Below are positions 26,800-40,600 of a stretch of DNA of 64,000 nt, piece after piece. The DNA is from Bugula neritina (lineage: Eukaryota > Animalia > Bryozoa), in NCBI GenBank assembly GCA_964035545.1, contig OZ037771.1:14259133-14323132 (forward strand). Direction: 5' to 3'. Each line of letters starts with the position of its first letter. The stretch's first letter is position 1. Position numbers and translations under genes: made by a program. Under the pieces are notes generated by a model, which searched no databases, was not told the DNA's origin, and saw only the letters and a program-made list of their open reading frames with translations.

Positions 26800-28875
26800 T
26801 TATGCTTGTTGACAGGTACCTGTGACTGAGCTCTGTAATGGCATTAAAATATCTATACCTAAAATCAATCTCTGCAAGACAATTGCGTTCTGGAGCCGTA
26901 CTGAAGTGCTGTGCTGCGCACAGGTAAAACAAGTGCCATAATTACAAATCCTAAATCTGGAGTTAGTGCAGAGGTCTTGGTGTAGGACTCCTTCATAATC
27001 CAACTGGCATAGGCAACGTAGATGATATGCTAGTGTGCAGTAATCGCACAAGATCAGTCTACCTGCACTTGCACAGGTGGCACAGAGGTCCTGGTAGAGG
27101 ACCCCTTCGTCATCTGACAGAGACACCTCTGACTTGGTCTTTCTCTGCTCTGAAACAATGTAACAGTTGTATGAATGAAGTAGTGGAAACATGCTTTTCA
27201 CTTTTCACATCTTTTATAAAACGGATTTTATTTTAAAACTCCTTTTTTCTAGGAGGCCAACTAGTAGACTTCTTGCTAGGTTCTACCAGCTGGTCATGCA
27301 GGAGTCGCACATAATGAGCTGCTCCTGCACATATTGTACAGAAATCACAGTGTAGCATCTCTTTTGTCATTTGACAGGGTATAATCTGCCCTGGAATATA
27401 TAATAGTCATGTGAAAGTGGTAATGGTAAAAGTTTCAATTGCTGCTTTTAAACTTTTCAAAGAGCAGATTTTATCTATAAAATTGAATGGTTTTTTTTTT
27501 CTGGTAGGCCTACTAATTCAGGTTTGACCGTAAGCAATTTCTATGTAAAACAAATTCCTCTTTACCTTGGATATAGGTTAGTTGTAATTTGGTTCTGTAT
27601 CAGATCAGGGTGCTAGCCACGTCTGTATAGTTCACTTGTGTGGTATGGTTATTTCCTTTTTTTGGTAGGCCTACTTTCAGGTTTGACCGTAAGCAATTTC
27701 TATGTAAAACAAATTTGTAGACAAGAATTCACTTATATTAGTAGAAAGTCGCAAGGTTTATGAAGTTTATGGCTTTTCTGTACAATTAAAAGGTGTTTTG
27801 TCAGTTAATACATTATGCATGAAAAGTAAATATTTAAATGTTAATCTATGTAATGCTATATTATTAATAGTATAAAAAAGTTATACAATTTATCATATGC
27901 ATGTAAATAGAATACTCCTACATTTGATGCGGGTACTTAAAAAGACAATAAATATATATAGTCAGTAATTAAAGTAAAAATCAAATACATCTAATACAAC
28001 ATATTAATAAAATACTTTTTATACTTAATATGTTTTTAGATATGCATGCAATAAATATTTATGAACTATTTATATTTTAGTACAAATAGTAAATCTGATG
28101 TACATTTATATATGATAAATAATTATCAATAAATGTTTCTAAAAGATGTAACTTTTATAGATCCAACTCTTTGTGTTTTGGCGAACCTTCACTCCCTGTA
28201 TTTGATGAACTGTCGCTGTAAATAAATATATTCATGCAAGAATTACTTTTATTGCTTTTGTTATGAGGCGAATTGCCAACAGTCAGTCAAGTGTAGGTGC
28301 TGCTACTATACTACTACCACCACTACAACCACCACCACCACTACCACTAGGTGTAGTCAAGAATTTATTTATGTTAGTGAAAATTTGCAAGCTTTATAAA
28401 ATTGAAATGACTTTTCTGTACAATGAAATAGGTGTTTTGTCAATTAAGATGTTGTGCATGAAGAGTAAATATTTAAATGTTAATCTAGGTAACGTATTAA
28501 TTGTATATGGTACAATTTACGACTTAAGTAATTGAATTTTTATTGTTATATTGTGACATGCTATGCAAGAGATACAAACACACCACATGAGAAGACCATT
28601 CAACTAACCTATGGAGATATTCTGTTGCCACATATACCTTCCTGCACTCTGAGCAGGCATCACAGGCAGCTCAGAAATTGCACACTGTGAATGCTGCCAG
28701 CATTGCCAGGGATGAATCAATGTGTGCAGTTAGGCATCATGTGATGAATGAAGGACATTTGCTCTTCATAAGAGGATTGTCTTTATTTGTACCTCGTAAC
28801 GATTTAGCAGTGCTGCTGATAAGAAGATGGTAGCAAGTAGACTACCTGTTTGTAAATTATATGATTTCGTGGAAC
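26800..28875 (-). pseudogene. Decayed PHF21A-like PHD module fragments
   Basis: Exon remnant FHEII* at 28875; half-PHD (LHCDFCTICAG..QLIMCDSC) at about 27300-27390; truncated PHD LYQDLCATCASAGRLILCDYCTLAYHLRCL at 27149-27010, followed by a restarted EGVLHQDLC. Lost donor near 27240. Confidence 0.7.
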
Positions 28876-29802
28876 CTGAACAGCATGAAAAGGCAGTTTA
28901 TCTTGTGTTACTAGGTGTCAAGGGACACAACTCCCTATCTATTAGACTTTTGATTATTGTAAAGCAACAAGTTAATCCCTTTTACTTATGCATGTTTCAG
29001 AGATGGTAAATATATTAAATTTTTTAAAAGTTAATTCTTATCAAGTAATGTAGTTGTCATATTATTTTCTAGAATAGATGAAGGGTTCAGCCTTACTTTT
29101 CTCCTGCAATACGTAGACATTCTACTGTTGCAGTTTAATAAAGTTCATTACTTCTATTCATATCAAATGTATGTTGAGTCCCACAATGTGAAGACAACTC
29201 CCAGTCTGATAATTATTCTTTTGATTTACCAAGTTACTCAAAATGTAGGTGAACCATATATTAGCTTTTCACAGATACATTGAAGTAGTTTAAAATAAAT
29301 ACTGGCAGTTTATTCATACGTATGGTATTCTATATAACATACATTTATAAACCTCAATGATTGAGAAAGCTGTAAAATATCTGTGACCATTTTGTACACA
29401 TTAAAAAAAAGCTATACAATTTTTATATACATGTATAAATGAATACTCTTACATTTGATGCAGGCCTGCTTAAAAATACAATAAATATTCAGTAAATTTG
29501 ATGTGCAATTATATATGATAAATAAATAGGTATCAATAAATATATCTAAAAGATTTAGCATTTATAGATCCAATGCTTTTTGTTAGGGTAAACTTTCACT
29601 CCCTGTATTATTTGATGAGCTGTCGCTGTAAATAAATATATGAATACAAGGATTACTTTTATTTGATAGTTTCTACTTTTCTTGTAATGAGGTGAAGCCA
29701 CCAGTCAGTCAAGTGTAGGTGCTGCTACTATACTAGTACTACTACTACCACTACTACTACTAGTACTATTATAACTACTACAACTACTAACACTAATACT
29801 AG

Positions 29803-29837
<35 letters not shown>

Positions 29838-30001
29838 GTACTACTACCACTACTACCAGTACTATACTTTTACTACTACTAAGTAAACATACTATATTCT
29901 AAACTTGCTAATGATTTATACTATAGGTATATTGCTATGTACTGTGCAAGCACTATGCAAAAAGTATAAACAAGTAGTATTAGATTTTATAACTAATCAA
30001 C

Positions 30002-31279
30002 TCACCTGGAGACACATACCGGGCACCTCCACTGGCCCTCTGGCACCCTGCGCAGGCGCAGGCAACGCAGATGATATGCTAGGGTGCAGAAATCGCACAA
30101 GAGCAGTCTACCTGCGCCTGCACAGGTAGCACAGAAGTCTTGGTGGAGGTCACCTTCGTCGTCTGATAGAATTTTGTTCTTTCTCTGCTCTGAAACAATG
30201 CAATAGTCATATGAATGAAGTAGTGGGAAAATGTTTATCACTTTTTTAAATCTTTTATGAAACAGATTTTATAAAAAAGCTTACTTTTTTTGGGAGGTGC
30301 ACTTTTAGAATTTGTCTTCGTTGATTCTACAAGCTGGTCATCTCTACAACAAGTATTCATATTTACTATATTCCATGTGTCTGTAAAACTACTTTTAATA
30401 ATCTTTATAATCATTAACCAGAATGGTTTTGTATCTACTTTTCCCCATGCAACTAATAGTCTCTGCAAAATCTCTTGACATTAAGAACTGAGAAAAAATT
30501 GTTATCTGATGCATGCATGTTAAAAGTTTGTCATAAACATGTATAATATGTAATAAATAGAATTTTTTATAAAATATTAAGCCAAAACTATATGTACTTA
30601 ATAGGTCACACTCATTTTGCTCAAAGCATATACTCCCAGGATGTTGTTGGCGAGTTGGGAATTTGAATAAATTGAAGCTTTAAAAATGTATACTCACTGT
30701 GACTCATAAGTTATACGTCTTTTTGGTTGTCTTTTTGGACGTCTGCTAGCAAGTTGACTGTGAATATTAGCAGGAACCAAACCTAAACCCAACATGAAGT
30801 CCACCATCTCCTGAGTCTCCTCATCAGGGGGTTGCTGCCGAGCTGTCAGTCGTCTCACGGCAGCAGCGTGTGACTACAACAATTCTGAGAATCAGTTTGA
30901 CAACAAAAAGCAGTTTTTGTATTTAGTAAAAGTCATGGAGATTACAATAATGATCTAATAATCTACTGCTCAGGGGAAACAACTACCAAATGCATCATGT
31001 AATGGAAATGGAGATTCAACTGACAAATAAATTATCCAATGAACAAAGAGTTGTTGAATAGCAAGCTCATTACTAATAGGCTAAACTTTGAAGGAACTGG
31101 CAGTTAAAAATTTTTTTAGCAAATTGAGATGTAAAAACATAGTTGTTTTTTAAATTAATTCAACTTTAATGTTTAAAATAATTTAACTCACTGAAAATCA
31201 TTCAATATCTCTACCCAAGCTCTATTGTTTAATAAACAGAGTAAAAGAGCTAACTTACTGAAGATACACTGGAGTACAT
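30002..31279 (-). CDS. PHF21A-like paralog B, FMLGLGLV motif plus intact PHD finger, about 150 aa (3' end uncertain)
   Basis: Exons 31279-31259, 30873-30698, 30343-30285, 30189-30006 are in frame. PHD HQDFCATC..CDFC..H..C..WRCPVC keeps all 8 zinc ligands. Stop at 30002-30004 if unspliced, or FHEII* if spliced to 28875. Confidence 0.55.
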
Positions 31280-34200
31280 GTTCGTGTCTGTTAAATAGAA
31301 TATGAAGATTGTTTCACTGGGAAGGTGCGATTTACTAAATGATGGTCTAGCTACTAAGATGGAGTATATCTTCTATTCTCTACTCTGTTGTGTTCTCAGT
31401 GTTCTATATATTTGGTGACACCTGTTAACAATAGATACTTAAAAAAAGAATGTACAAAGAGAGCATAACTCCAAACATGCAACTAATTGGGTGTCATATT
31501 CCAGATAGACACTAGGTTAAATTTCCCACCTATAAGACTCTATTTATTTATTCTGGTACAATATGAGCATCTATAATGTGCAACTTATATTTTAATATCA
31601 TGGAAATGTAAATATATTTAAATATAAATTTGAATCAGTTGCTTGCATGTTATTTAGCACATAAAAAATTTCCTTTGATCTGCATTAATTTCTTAATTTT
31701 GCATTTACTATACTGCTTGTTGTTTAAAAAGATATTTCATTAATAACTATTCATTGAAGATAATGTCTGTCATTAACATATTGCTGTTTTATTTGTTCCA
31801 CACAAATCCGTGGAAATTGGAATATTATTCCAAATAATTCATATTAACTACTAATTCTTGTTTAGCACTCAATATAACAGTTATATAAATTAAAGGTATA
31901 TATACATATAAGTATATTAATATTTATATCATACCAAAATAAAAATGGCGTCTAACTGTGTTGAAGCCACAATGTATTCTACAATTCTATGAGTTAAGAA
32001 TTTATTTTGAGTTAACTTTGCTAGGCTCATTTAGGAAATGTATTAGAGGTTGGAGCCTGGTGGTATTACTTCCAATTGTACATTATCAGTTTTTTAGCCT
32101 AGCCTAGCATCTAACTGGGATGACACTCTTTATGGCAAGACATATACAAAATAAATATTAATAATTATAATTAAATAAAAAATCAATTAGACAAAATTAT
32201 GTGTTCAATTTTTATTTTTTTTCTCAAGAATCTTTACATTTTATGTTAAAAGCAGGAATTAAATAAAATAGAATGTTTTTTAAAGACTTACACTGTTTAT
32301 ATATCCCAATATTTCAAGTCTTGTGTCATACTTTACTAGTGAAAATATAGTCGTAGCACCACTATATGCTATCATAGTAGAAGTGATTGCATAATTTCTA
32401 AATCTAACCAAGGGCCAATGACCAATTACTGAAGCTTTTTCTCAGCTTTTATGGCTTTAAACTATATAATCTCTATTGGAAATAGAATAAATAGGAAAGC
32501 TTTTTTCAGCTTTCGATTTTTAAAACTATGATCTCTATTAGAAATTTCTTTGAAAGCTTTGTAAAGGTGTGAACAATAACATCCAATCTGCACAATCCAT
32601 TTATCTATACAACTTTCTGGGAAATTTAAAAGTTAGTACCTATTGTTGAAATTATATTATATTAATTTGAATTGTAATATTATACTTTACTCAAAAAACT
32701 TTTTTTATGATGATTTGAGCCGTCTCTAATTTGGCTGTCATTTTCCATCATGGAGGGTCACTTTAAAAAGGTTAGTCTACATTCTAAACCCACACTACTA
32801 ACTATAGTTGACAGTATAGAATAATTATTGCAGATTGACTGACAGTTGAAGCTCACGAAAGTCAAGAAGGTTTACAGATATCGTGACAAATATTAGTTTT
32901 AGTGTGATGAAAATATGTGGTCAAAACCATTTCATTTTTGTAGCTTTAGTAAAGTCAAGTAATCCAACTTCTAACTAGTTATATAAATAATTGTGGAAAG
33001 GAAATCACTTCCTAGTTGCAGACATTAAATAATCAGGAATTCAGAAATTTCAAATTTGAAAAGTTGGTATGAATTTTGGATACTGAGAACCCATTTGAGT
33101 TACCTATCAAAGGAGTATAATATAAATCTTCAACTTTTGACTCAAGTGAAAACAATTCCAAATCAAAATATTCAATTTACAATACCTCTTTAGTTGAAGA
33201 GGAATCTGGATAAACTTGAGTGGTCAGAGTGTCTTCGTAATCAAACTGTTTTACAGGAGCTGTGGAGGGAATAATCGGCATCTGTGGAAAATATATCTGA
33301 GCTGCTGATTCGAAGTTAATTCCGTGTTATCAATTTCTTTGACCAATCACATCCAAGAATTAAAGTCACTTTTCGCGAACTCCGACTACCAATTAGCTGT
33401 CACGTGACCATGACACAATCGAGGGGAACCTTACAATACATTTCAAATTCCTGTCAATTAGTATAAGTATAAAACTTTTAAAAAAAAATAATAAAATATA
33501 AAAATGTGCTAATTTTATTTGAATGAAAATTAAGATATTTTTATATCAACCCGCTGTTTAGATTCTAGTCTCATTAAAGTTTGCAGATGCAGGTGTCCCT
33601 TTTTAAAGAGAAGTGATTGTGAAATATTTTCAAATATACAGGTTTATTTTGAGTTTGGCTAGACAAAGTAGGATCAGGTTAACTTGTCATGTATATCCAT
33701 AGAGCATGGTCATTTATATCTCAGTTGTTTGTTGTATAATGTTACTTAGAATAGGTACCAGATATTAAATATTTATTTACCTATAACTTCTCTCTCCCAG
33801 CACCTAAAAAATATGTTCTGATGCTTCATCACCCTGCATGTTTATTTTCTACCAAATATTGTGTTTATATGATTTTCTCTTTAAATTATTTCAAAAAGGT
33901 GCTGTAAATTTGTATCAGTAAAGATTATATAAACATTGTAAGAACACCGGAATTGTAACTGCATGCATGTCAGTGAAATGGTTTCAATTATCTACATTCT
34001 CCAGGTGATTTTTCAAAGTTTGTTTCATAATTTGTATGCATATATACTGCATAATATTATCTGTGCATTGTCTTCATTTGAGGAAATCACCAGAATAATT
34101 TGTGTAAAATGCCTTCAAACCTTTCTGCTACAATTATGAGAATAATTTAAAAGTGGCAAAAAACTCTAAAATGCCATAACTTAGATAAAAGACAGTAATA

Positions 34201-34685
34201 AGTTATAGTGTTGAATATCCTATTGGCTGAGGCTGCTGTATTTCGCCTATTATTGATTTAAAAAATGGTAAAGTTGGCCTTTTGAGGTAAAAAGTTTATT
34301 TTATTTGAGAAAAAATAATGTCATCTAAATATCATGCAAATATTGAAAGAAAGCCCATCATTTTATATACAAAAGGAGAAAAGAAATTACATTTGAGCTA
34401 GATTGCAAGGAAGAGAGACTTTCCCAGTCATTCTAATCTTCATTATGAACACAAAAAGTAAAGGAAGCTGCAAATAAACATAAAAATTCATAAACTTCTG
34501 GTTTACAACCAAAAAGATTTGGTGAAAATAAATAATTTCCTACATGGCATATTGACATACAAGACTGCATGCAAAGAGAGTAGCTCAGTTAGCTGTTTGG
34601 AAGGTGTGTAGCTCGATATCTCAGTCTATTCGTATCTGAAGGAAGGGTGATGGCCATCTCCACCCCCAACACGGAGTATACAGAA

Positions 34686-37600
34686 TCATTTACTTAAACG
34701 CTTCAACTGTTTGACAATGTTTATCATATTGTTGAGGAGAGACGAGGCTTTGGCAGCGTCGCTGACTAGCACTTCCTTTTCCCGTATCATCTTAGTGGCT
34801 AAGTTGTTGATCCTGTCGAGCTCCTCTTGAATTTCGGCACTTTTATTAATCAACTCTGTATTTCTCTATAAAACACACCAAAATGTAATGTATATATATG
34901 TATATGAAAATTATAGAAATTACATTATTTTCTTTGAATTACGGAGTTGTCCCCTTTCTCAAAGAAAGATTGCATACAGTTACAAATAAAAACACTCGTA
35001 TTACCTAAAGAACACACCCTTATTAAAACAATAAAACTTGCATTAATCAACCAAGTGACATAAAGACCACCACAAGCTGAAAACAATGTCTAAATATGAA
35101 TTATATATTATACTAATTCATAACATTATATAACATTTAGGGCATTAAACTTTTTAATAACCTTTAAATTATTGCTAATTGTGGCTTTTCATGTTGCACT
35201 GTTTTACAAATAAAGATAGGAATATTATTAATTATGTTGCATTCAGTATATGAAACCTGTGTCAAGGGCAGATAACCTCTACCTAGTTGTCAGAGAACCA
35301 TTATTATAAGCAGCAGCTTGTCAGCATATTATGTAGTCAAGTAAAGCGTGTTATGAATATTTTCTTGAAGGTGTAGGAGGAATAATATTCCCTCCAGAGC
35401 TAAAGACTGCATACATTAGTGAGTGAGCTAATAGAAGACAGCAACAGTTGCCTGGTGTCACCTCACAAACCAGCATTTTCTTGCTGCCATGAAACCAACC
35501 TGTTGATATTCAACTTTCTGCCTGTGAATATTCAACCTGCTGTCAGTGTATATTTAACCTGCTGTTAGTGTATATTCAACCTGCTGTTAGTGTATATTCA
35601 ACTTTCTGCCAGTGTATATTTAACCTGCTGTTAGTGTATATTCAACCTGCTGTTAGTGTATATTTAACCTGCTGTTAGTGTATATTCAACCTGCTGTTAG
35701 TGTATATTCAACCTGCTGTTAGTGTATATTTAACCTGCTGTCAGTGTATATTTAACCTGCTGCCTGTGTATATTCAACTTTCTGCCTGAGTATATTCAAC
35801 CTGCTGCCTGTGTATATTTAACCTGCTGTTAGTGTATATTTAACCTGCTGTTAGTGTATATTTAACCTGCTGTTAGTGTATATTTAACCTGCTGTTAGTG
35901 TATATTTAACCTGCTGTTAGTGTATATTTAACCTGCTGCTGCTGTTAGAGGAAGACACAACTAACTAACCTGCAACAACTGTTGATGTTCATCCTCCTTC
36001 AGGGACTTCTGTTGAACAAACTGATGAACTGTCCCGATGACTGATTGCTTGTCACTGAATGATAGAAAGACAAACTCGAATAAAGCACCAAATTGCCTGA
36101 TAAGTATAGCTGAATATATATGAAAGGTATATATAGTAAGTATAACTGAATGTATATGAAAGGTTTATATAGTAAGTATAGCTGAATATATATGAAAGGT
36201 TTATATAGTAAGTATAGCTGAATATATATGAAAGGTTTATATAGTAAGTATAGCTGAATATATATGAAAGGTTTATATAGTAAGTATAGCTGAATATATA
36301 TGAAAGGTTTATATAGTAAGTATAGCTGAATATATATGAAAGGTTTATAGAGTAAATATAACTGAATATATATGAAAGGTTTATATAGTAAGAGTTACCT
36401 CAAGGCAGGTGCGATGTGAACAGTGGTGACTGGAGCAGCTGCACTTCCCGCTGCCGGTACGACTGAGGAAGATGCCGAGGAAGGAGGAGCTGTAGTAGAG
36501 GTCGTGCTCTTAAAAGAGGAAGTGGCGACTGCTAGACTAGTGGGCGTGGCCTTCCTCTTCCTGGACGGAGACTTGGACAGTTCGACGCACTTGGGGCAGC
36601 TCCACTTGCCGTCTGGCACGGCGCGCAGACGCAGACAGTTGAGGTGGTAGACGAGGACGCAGGTGTCGCACATCACGAGCTCACCCGCCCCTTCGCACAC
36701 AGCGCAGAGATCCTCGTGAAGGGCTCCTTCGTCATCCGAGAGAGGCACCTTGCCACCTCTAGTCTTCTCCCTTCTGCATCCTGAAACCACACAAAAGAGG
36801 GATTTAATAGAGCCGCCTTTACAGAGGGACACAAACCACCAGGTGACTGAATGGAACTCACTTTTTATAGGAGGCACCGGGGAGGAGCGAGTGGACCGTC
36901 TGGGTCTCTTACTCGGGTTGGTGAGAGACCGGAGAAAGTCGTTAGGTTTTCTGTTGTTGAAATCTATCATCTCATCAAATCTGTAAGAAAAGTGAAGGCA
37001 TGCCACAAAACCCTCCTTGTATACACACGTCGGTCGTTTCACTGTATAGGGAACACAACTCTTAACGCACTTAGAAAGCAGATAGTCTTTACAGTGTCAT
37101 ATAACATCACTAAAATACACTGTACACAACGTGTATTAACTACACAAAAGCCGTTAGTATCTGAAACACGAGTAGTGAACCACTTTATTGTGCATTAAAG
37201 TAAGCTATTTCTCTTCACTCATTTCGCCAAACATGGATTCGGGTTTACCTAGCGCGTGCGAACTTGCGTCTTTCAGCCCGTCTGCTAGCAAGTTGACTGT
37301 GAATATTAGCAGGAACCAAACCTAAACCCAACATGAAGTCCATCATCTCCTGAGTCTCCTCATCAGGGGGTTGCTGCCGAGCTGTCAGTCGTCTCACGGC
37401 AGCAGCGTGTGACTACAACAATTCTGAACATTAGTTAATTCTAAATACTACATATTGATAATACTAACACTACATACTCATAATACTAACAATACATACT
37501 AATAATACTAACACTATACACTAATAATACTAACACTATATACTAATTATACTAACACTATATACTCATAATACTAACACTATTTACTCATAATACTTGC

Positions 37601-40600
37601 ACTATATACTAATAATACTAACACTATATTCTCATAATACTAACACTATATACTCATAATACTAACACTACATACTAATAATACTAACACTATATACTCA
37701 TAACACTAACACTATACACTCATAATACTAACACTATATACTCATAATACTAACACTATACACTCATAATACTAACACTACATACTCATAATACTAACAC
37801 TATATACTCATAATACTAACACTACATACTCATAATACTAACACTATATACTCATAATACTAACACTATATACTCATAATACTAACACTACATACTCATA
37901 ATACTAACGCTATATACTCATAATACTAACACTACATACTCATAATACTAACACTACATACTCATAATACTAACACTACATATTCATAACACTCACCGAG
38001 GACACGCTGGAGTAGAGGTTGTTTTTAGTCGAGTAGAAGAGAGGGGATATGGAAACAGGTTTGTGGAAAAGGTGCGGTTTACTGGGCGAAGGTTTAGCCG
38101 CACAGACAGACGTTATATGTTCTACTTCCTGGTCCATAGGTTCAGCTGCTGTACATATGCTTTCGCCTACAAACAGGGGATATTGGGATAAACAAGCCAA
38201 AAATAGAGGACAACTCTGTATTGTCAGTTTAGAAGAATAAAAAGAAGGGCTCACAGCATCTATTAAATATTCTCAAATAGGAAGGAGTAGCAGGAAGGAG
38301 AAGTATAGCCTTGAAACTTGAAAACAAATTGCGTCCTCAGAAATACCTGAATCGGCGGAGGTTTGACGATTCACCAGAGGTGGGTCTCCTGGGGGATCCT
38401 GAGTCTCTGTGGGGGAGGCTGGTTGGCATGGAACGTTCTGGAGAGAGCACTGAGCTGAGGTGGATTCTACAGAAGTACAAGTTTAGAATGAAGTAGTATT
38501 ATTGTGGTTAAACTTCTAGTTCATGTGAATATTTTCAGAATTCATGCAAATTTATAGTCTAGCAGCAAGCTGTGCTGCCAACACAATGACGCAGCAAACC
38601 CTAGTTTGACTCACAGGGATGGAGTATACTGGGTTGTGGCAGAAGATTTGGTAACACAACATTACACAATACCAGAATGTGAACGAAAGATGCTAGTTAT
38701 ACCTGAGACAACCACAGCAGCATCAGTTGACGCTGGTAGAGTAACCAGAGGTGGTTGTTCTGCAGAAAACGTAGCTGCAATCTCTGGAACAGAAGCAGAC
38801 GTATCTGATGTCACTGGAGTAGAAGCAGACGTAGCTGATGTCACTGGAGCAGAAGCAGACGTAGCTGATGTCACTGGAACAGAAGCAGACGTAGCTGATG
38901 TCACTGGAGCAGAAGCAGGCGTAGCTGATGTCACTGGAGCAGAAGCAGACGTAGCTGATGTCACTGGAGCAGAAGCAGACGTAGCTGATGTCACTGGAAT
39001 AGAAGCAGACATAGCTGATGTGACTGGAGCAGAAGCAGACGCAGCTGGTGTCACGGGAGCAGAAGCAGACGTTGCTGATGTCACTGGAACAGAAGTAGAC
39101 GTAGCTGATGTGACTGGAGCAGAAGCAGACGTAGCTGATGTGACTGGAGCAGAAGCAGACGTAGCTGATGTCACTGGAGCAGAAGATTGTAATTCCACAC
39201 TCAATACTTTTGGTAACGTGGGGGCAGCTTTAGAGGTAACAAAGGAGACAGGTTTGGCAAATGAAACCAGATCTTTTTCTGCTGAACTGCTACTGGTGCA
39301 GCTGAGAGAAGAGAATTGAGTAGCCTTGGCAACATCAGTCTCACTGGTCACACTTGGGGCTGCAACAAGAAACCCCGAGTAACACAACTCAGTTCAAAAC
39401 TTTAAAAACCAACTACAATTGTGGAAATTTTGTTTTTCATTTTTAGTTTATTTAAAACAATCACAAGGAACATCAGAAATCACATGAACGGGCAAAACTG
39501 TAAAAGGAAATACAACTCCTGACATCATTGATGAGATGTGAACTGAATATGAAATAAAAAAGATTATAGTTTAAATATCGTAAGCAAGGAGAGGCGTAGC
39601 ATGAGTTCTATGTAATCTTGTGTACGGGTAGACTTACGGGAAGGCTGAATGCTGGCCGTGGTTACAGTAGGTAAGTTGCAGCCGGTTCTCGGTCTCTTCA
39701 TACCCTTGGGGTGGATAGGGCGAGTGGCTGAGGGGGGCAGAGACCCCAGCAGACGTGTCCTCATCACTGATATCAGCTCATCCTGCTTGGCATTCAGCCT
39801 AACAATAATCTCCTGCATATAGAGAACACAGACACGTGAGGGCAGTGCTTGGTAGGTGCATTCCTTATACGTATCCCTGAGGTGTATTCTGGGGGTGTAT
39901 TCTAGGGGTGTATTTTAGGGGTGTATTTCAGGGGTGTATTCTAGGGGTGTATTCCAGGGGTGCACACATGATCATATGAAAACAACATGACTGAAATAAT
40001 AAACCAGATCGTCTAGTGCACAGATCAATACAAATTTATAGCCTTAGCACCCATAACAGGAAACTCCCGGGTCCGAAATTCTCACCTCTAAGTTTTTGGA
40101 CTCCTTCTTAGAAACTTCCAGTTCGTCAGGTGAGCAGTGGTAGAGTCTACCAACCAGCTTTACTCTGTGGTCGTGCATGTGGTGTGCGTGCATACACATC
40201 TTCAGTTCACTCTGAACTCTGCAAACCATACGTCATCATATACATTGCATACGTCAGCATATACATTGCATACGTCAGCATATACATTGCATACGTCATC
40301 ATATACATTGCATACGTCATCATATACATTGCATACGTCAGCATATACATTGCATACGTCAGCATATACATTGCATACGTCAGCATATACATTGCATACG
40401 TCATCATATACATTGCTTACGTCAGCATATACATTGCATACGTCATCATATACATTGCATACGTCATAATATACATTGCTTACGTCAGCATATACATTGC
40501 ATACGTCAGCATATACATTGCTTACATCATATACATTGCATACCATGACTGAGCTATAACGAAACATACTTCACTAAATACCACCCTGATGAATAGCATA

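Noticed and set aside
33186-33410. Exon-like MPIIPSTAPVKQ.. segment and GTCACGTGAC palindrome (33399-33408)
   Set aside because: Could be upstream parts of paralog B, but no in-frame link or clear homology could be established.
38606-39319. 237-aa plus-strand ORF (ADVTGAE repeats)
   Set aside because: Antisense shadow of the PHF21A 30-bp coding repeat.
40130-40567. Four overlapping repetitive ORFs
   Set aside because: Products of the 21-bp intronic minisatellite.
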